A stretch of DNA of 40,000 bases, from assembly GCF_046314235.1 (NCBI RefSeq), contig NZ_JBKBWN010000021.1, positions 1 to 40,000 of the forward strand. Direction: 5' to 3'. This stretch comes from Anaerobacillus sp. Lineage in GTDB: Bacteria > Bacillota > Bacilli > Bacillales > Anaerobacillaceae. The notes beneath the pieces were generated by a model. The model did no database searches. It was not told the DNA's origin and worked only from the letters and a program-made list of their open reading frames with translations. Below are positions 37,365 to 40,000 of this stretch, in pieces. Each line of letters begins with the position of its first letter. Position 1 is the first letter of the stretch. The position numbers were made by a program, and so were the translations under genes.

Positions 37365-37435
37365 TTTTTCATACAAAAAAACAAAAAAAAAATCAGTTTT
37401 TTCTAATTTTTACATATTGTTCACAAAAAGTTCAT

Positions 37436-37461
37436 AAAAAAAGGCCTTATAATCGGCCTTT
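37436..37461 (-). terminator. Intrinsic terminator after yabJ
   Basis: A 7 bp stem AAAGGCC/GGCCUUU with an 8 nt loop is followed by additional U residues. Confidence 0.8.
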
Positions 37462-37471
37462 AAACGAATTC

Positions 37472-37849
37472 TTATTTAACTAATGCTATTACCTCGATTT
37501 CAACCAGAACATCTTTTGGAAGTCTTGCCACCTCTACACAAGATCTAGCTGGTTTGTGAGCAGAAAAGTAACTTTCATATACTTCATTAATTAACGGAAA
37601 ATCGTTCATATTTTTAATAAATACCGTTGTCTTTACTACTGTATCACGAGTCGCACCGGCTTCCATCAAAACAGCGTCAACATTTTTTAATACTTGTTGA
37701 GTTTGCTCCTTGACATCACCAACCACTAGCTCACCGTTTGCGGTTAAAGGAATTTGCCCTGAACTATAAAACATATTATTGACAACAATGCCTTGTGAGT
37801 ATGGACCAATTGCTGCAGGAGCTTTTTCTGTTTGGACAACTTTCATCAT
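37472..37849 (-). CDS. yabJ: RidA/YjgF-family enamine/imine deaminase
   Basis: 125 aa ([31 protein letters not shown]). The start ATG shares one base with the purR TAA (TAATG). Confidence 0.96.
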   Translation of the reverse strand: MMKVVQTEKAPAAIGPYSQGIVVNNMFYSSGQIPLTANGELVVGDVKEQTQQVLKNVDAVLMEAGATRDTVVKTTVFIKNMNDFPLINEVYESYFSAHKPARSCVEVARLPKDVLVEIEVIALVK

Positions 37850-38691
37850 TATTCCTCCTTGAGTATGTTCAACTTTTCAAAAAAATTACCTATCTCAACC
37901 TTAACTAATTTTTCCTTTGTGTTTACTTCTGATAACCGTGTCATTGATGTATACTTGTCAACTAATCTTTCTTCAACATGATCAGCTTCTACCAAAACTC
38001 CAGTTCCAACGACATTAGATTGAAATTCTTCAACTAAATTAATCATCCCTTTTATCGTTCCGCCAGCCTTCATAAAATCATCAATGATGAGGACATTCGA
38101 ACCTTCTTTTAAACTTCTTTTTGCTAAAGACATCGTTTGGATTCTTTTTGTAGAACCTGATACGTAATTTATACTAACGAGCGAGCCTTCCGTAATACGA
38201 TGTTCATGTCTGACAATACAAACAGGGACATTCATATATGTAGCAACCGCATAGGCCAAAGGAATTCCTTTTGTCGCCATTGTCATGATGACATCTACAT
38301 GATTATTGGCAAACAGTGTTGCAAAATAACGGCCAATTTCATTCATTAGTCTAGGGTTACCTATAATATCCATCATATATAGATAACCACCTGGTAGGAC
38401 ACGATTAGAGTCCTCCAACTTGGAACATAAGTCTGTAAGAAATTTTCTCATCTCGACTTTACTAGCAGTAGGAATATACTTTACTCCTCCACTGGCACCA
38501 GAAACAGTTAATAAAAGTCCCGTCTCCTGACTTTCAAAAATTTCTTTAATAATTGCCAAATCTTCGCTAATTGAAGATTTGGCCGATTCATAACGCTCCG
38601 CAAAATATGTTAATGGTATAAGTTGATGGGGATTATGTATTAAGTGATTGGTCAAGTCTATTAAACGACCGCTTCGGCGAATCTTTTTCAT
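37849..38691 (-). CDS. purR: Purine operon repressor
   Basis: 280 aa. The N-terminal winged helix is [13 protein letters not shown], and the PRT-like domain carries [14 protein letters not shown]. The ATG at 38691 follows GGAGGT plus 4 nt. The track TTG is in the SD. Confidence 0.96.
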   Translation of the reverse strand: MKKIRRSGRLIDLTNHLIHNPHQLIPLTYFAERYESAKSSISEDLAIIKEIFESQETGLLLTVSGASGGVKYIPTASKVEMRKFLTDLCSKLEDSNRVLPGGYLYMMDIIGNPRLMNEIGRYFATLFANNHVDVIMTMATKGIPLAYAVATYMNVPVCIVRHEHRITEGSLVSINYVSGSTKRIQTMSLAKRSLKEGSNVLIIDDFMKAGGTIKGMINLVEEFQSNVVGTGVLVEADHVEERLVDKYTSMTRLSEVNTKEKLVKVEIGNFFEKLNILKEE

Positions 38692-38724
38692 AATTACCTC
38701 CAAAAAATCCGAATGTTTGAATGT

Positions 38725-38754
38725 AATATACCATTTTTATACGTATTTTTTCAA
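38725..38754 (-). promoter_or_regulatory. Candidate sigma-A promoter of purR-yabJ: TTGAAA-18-(TGg)TATATT
   Basis: On the minus strand, the -35 at 38754..38749 overlaps the ispE stop. The extended -10 is at 38733..38725. A PurBox-like 13-mer (38705-38717, 11/13 to AWWWCCGAACWWT on the plus strand) lies just downstream. Confidence 0.55.
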
Positions 38755-39614
38755 TAGGAACGTTCTCCAATTAATCGAACAGCATATACATCATTACAAA
38801 AACCTCTTAGACCATTATAGATACGTAACATCCTTGATTCGTGTTTAACGATCCCAAAAACAGTTGGCCCACTCCCGCTCATCAAAACACCGTCGGCTCC
38901 AAAGCGGAGCATTTGATCTTTAATTCTTTGAACCTCAGGATAAAGCTTAAACGTTACGGTCTCAAGAACATTGCCTAGTTGCCCACAAATTTCTTCATAA
39001 TCGCGACCTTCAATAGCTGAAATCATCTTCATAATATCAGGATGAGAAAGGTCTTCAAGTTTTAGATTACGATAAATTTCTGCAGTAGACACTCCTATCG
39101 GAGGTTTAGCTAGAATAATCCAACAAGGAGGGGGGGCAGCAATATGTTTAATTTTTTCTCCTCTTCCAGTAGCTAACGCTGTTCCACCATACACACAGAA
39201 TGAAACATCTGAACCAATTTTAGCCCCTAAAATTGCGAGTTCATCCAAACTTAAACCTAGGCTCCAAAGTTCGTTAAGCCCTCTAAGAGTAGCCGCAGCA
39301 TCACTGCTACCTCCTGCTAAACCTGCCGATACAGGGATATTTTTTTGGATTGCAATTCGTACGCCCTTTTCAACATTAAAGCGATCTTTCAATAGTTGTG
39401 CGGCTTGAAATGCTAAGTTTCGGTTGTCACTCGGGACAAAACCTTCTGATACGTCAATAATAATCTTATTTTCTTCCAACAACGTTAGTTCAATTCGATC
39501 AGCTAGATCAACCGTGGTCATAATCATCTCTACTTCATGGTAGCCATCTTCCCTTTTTTGAAGGACGTCTAGAGACAAGTTTATTTTTGCTGGAGCCTTA
39601 ATTGATATTTTCAT
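38751..39614 (-). CDS. ispE: 4-diphosphocytidyl-2-C-methyl-D-erythritol kinase
   Basis: 287 aa GHMP kinase ([26 protein letters not shown]). The ATG at 39614 follows GAAGGTGA plus 7 nt. Confidence 0.96.
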   Translation of the reverse strand: MKISIKAPAKINLSLDVLQKREDGYHEVEMIMTTVDLADRIELTLLEENKIIIDVSEGFVPSDNRNLAFQAAQLLKDRFNVEKGVRIAIQKNIPVSAGLAGGSSDAAATLRGLNELWSLGLSLDELAILGAKIGSDVSFCVYGGTALATGRGEKIKHIAAPPPCWIILAKPPIGVSTAEIYRNLKLEDLSHPDIMKMISAIEGRDYEEICGQLGNVLETVTFKLYPEVQRIKDQMLRFGADGVLMSGSGPTVFGIVKHESRMLRIYNGLRGFCNDVYAVRLIGERSY

Positions 39615-39853
39615 CGTTTTTTCACCTTCTATGTCCATATGCTTACGCTATTTTATCACTTGTTGTCGACGTAAACCACCCTATTTCGTGACAATTTTTT
39701 CAAGTATCTTCGTAATTATTTTTATATAAGCATAACCGAGTCTCTTTAAGTATATAACCATTAATAGTGTAGCATTTAAAACTTAATGTTTATAGATATC
39801 ACAGTAATTCAAAACACACTAATGATAAATCAACTGTATCAAGTAATCTCCAT

Positions 39854-39900
39854 AAAAAAAGCCGCCCCATTTATGAGAATTTCTCATAAATGGGCCAGCC
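39854..39900 (-). terminator. Intrinsic terminator after sspF
   Basis: A 13-14 bp perfect core CCCAUUUAUGAGA/UCUCAUAAAUGGG is extended by GC pairs and followed by U7 on the minus strand. Confidence 0.9.
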
Positions 39901-39924
39901 TGTCGTAACATCGAAGTCTTTTGT

Positions 39925-40000
39925 TTATTTTCGGGCGTTTCCAGCAAGTTGCTCTTGGGCAATTTCAATTGCACGTTTAACCATATTTCCAGCATCACGA
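39925..40000 (-). CDS. sspF: Small acid-soluble spore protein SspF-like, C-terminal 24 codons only (runs off the right edge)
   Basis: The minus-strand translation RDAGNMVKRAIEIAQEQLAGNARK* matches the B. subtilis SspF C-terminus (ARDAGNMVKRAIEIAEQQ...). It is absent from the ORF track because it is truncated. Confidence 0.8.
   Translation of the reverse strand, partial: RDAGNMVKRAIEIAQEQLAGNARK

Overview
This 40 kb window is a conserved, origin-proximal chromosome segment of an AT-rich Bacillaceae (Bacillus sensu lato); the species cannot be named from this sequence alone. Read on the minus strand, it is colinear from memory with the B. subtilis 168 block sspF-ispE-purR-yabJ-spoVG-glmU-prs-ctc-pth-fin-mfd-spoVT-yabM-yabN-yabO-yabP-yabQ-divIC-yabR-spoIIE-yabS-yabT-tilS-hprT-ftsH-coaX-hslO-cysK-pabB-pabA-pabC-folP-folB-folK-yazB-dusB-lysS. 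An rRNA operon follows, and its 16S 5' end sits at the left edge. Of 40 genes, 39 lie on the minus strand. Many textbook regulatory signals can be read directly: tandem rrn promoters; a Spo0A-type spoIIE promoter with an over-long spacer; sigma-H (spoVG), sigma-B (ctc) and sigma-G (fin) type promoters; a TRAP-like NAG repeat array over the pabA ribosome binding site; and about 12 intrinsic terminators. I found no CRISPR array, transposase, integrase, phage gene, toxin-antitoxin pair or recognisable defence gene, and no convincing undescribed system. The non-core items are (i) a two-gene ThrE-family exporter cassette between yabT and tilS, overlapping tilS; (ii) a lone plus-strand SDR/epimerase-family gene between yabM and spoVT; and (iii) two strong unexplained palindromes, one in the yabS leader and one in an enlarged tilS-hprT spacer. 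yacD and the yabR-spoIIE tRNA genes of B. subtilis are absent. At least 14 ORFs in the supplied track are over-extended at the 5' end, because an in-frame GTG/TTG/ATG lies inside or upstream of the real Shine-Dalgarno (SD) sequence. My coordinates use the start that has a properly spaced SD. All homology calls rest on recognising the protein sequences, not on database searches.
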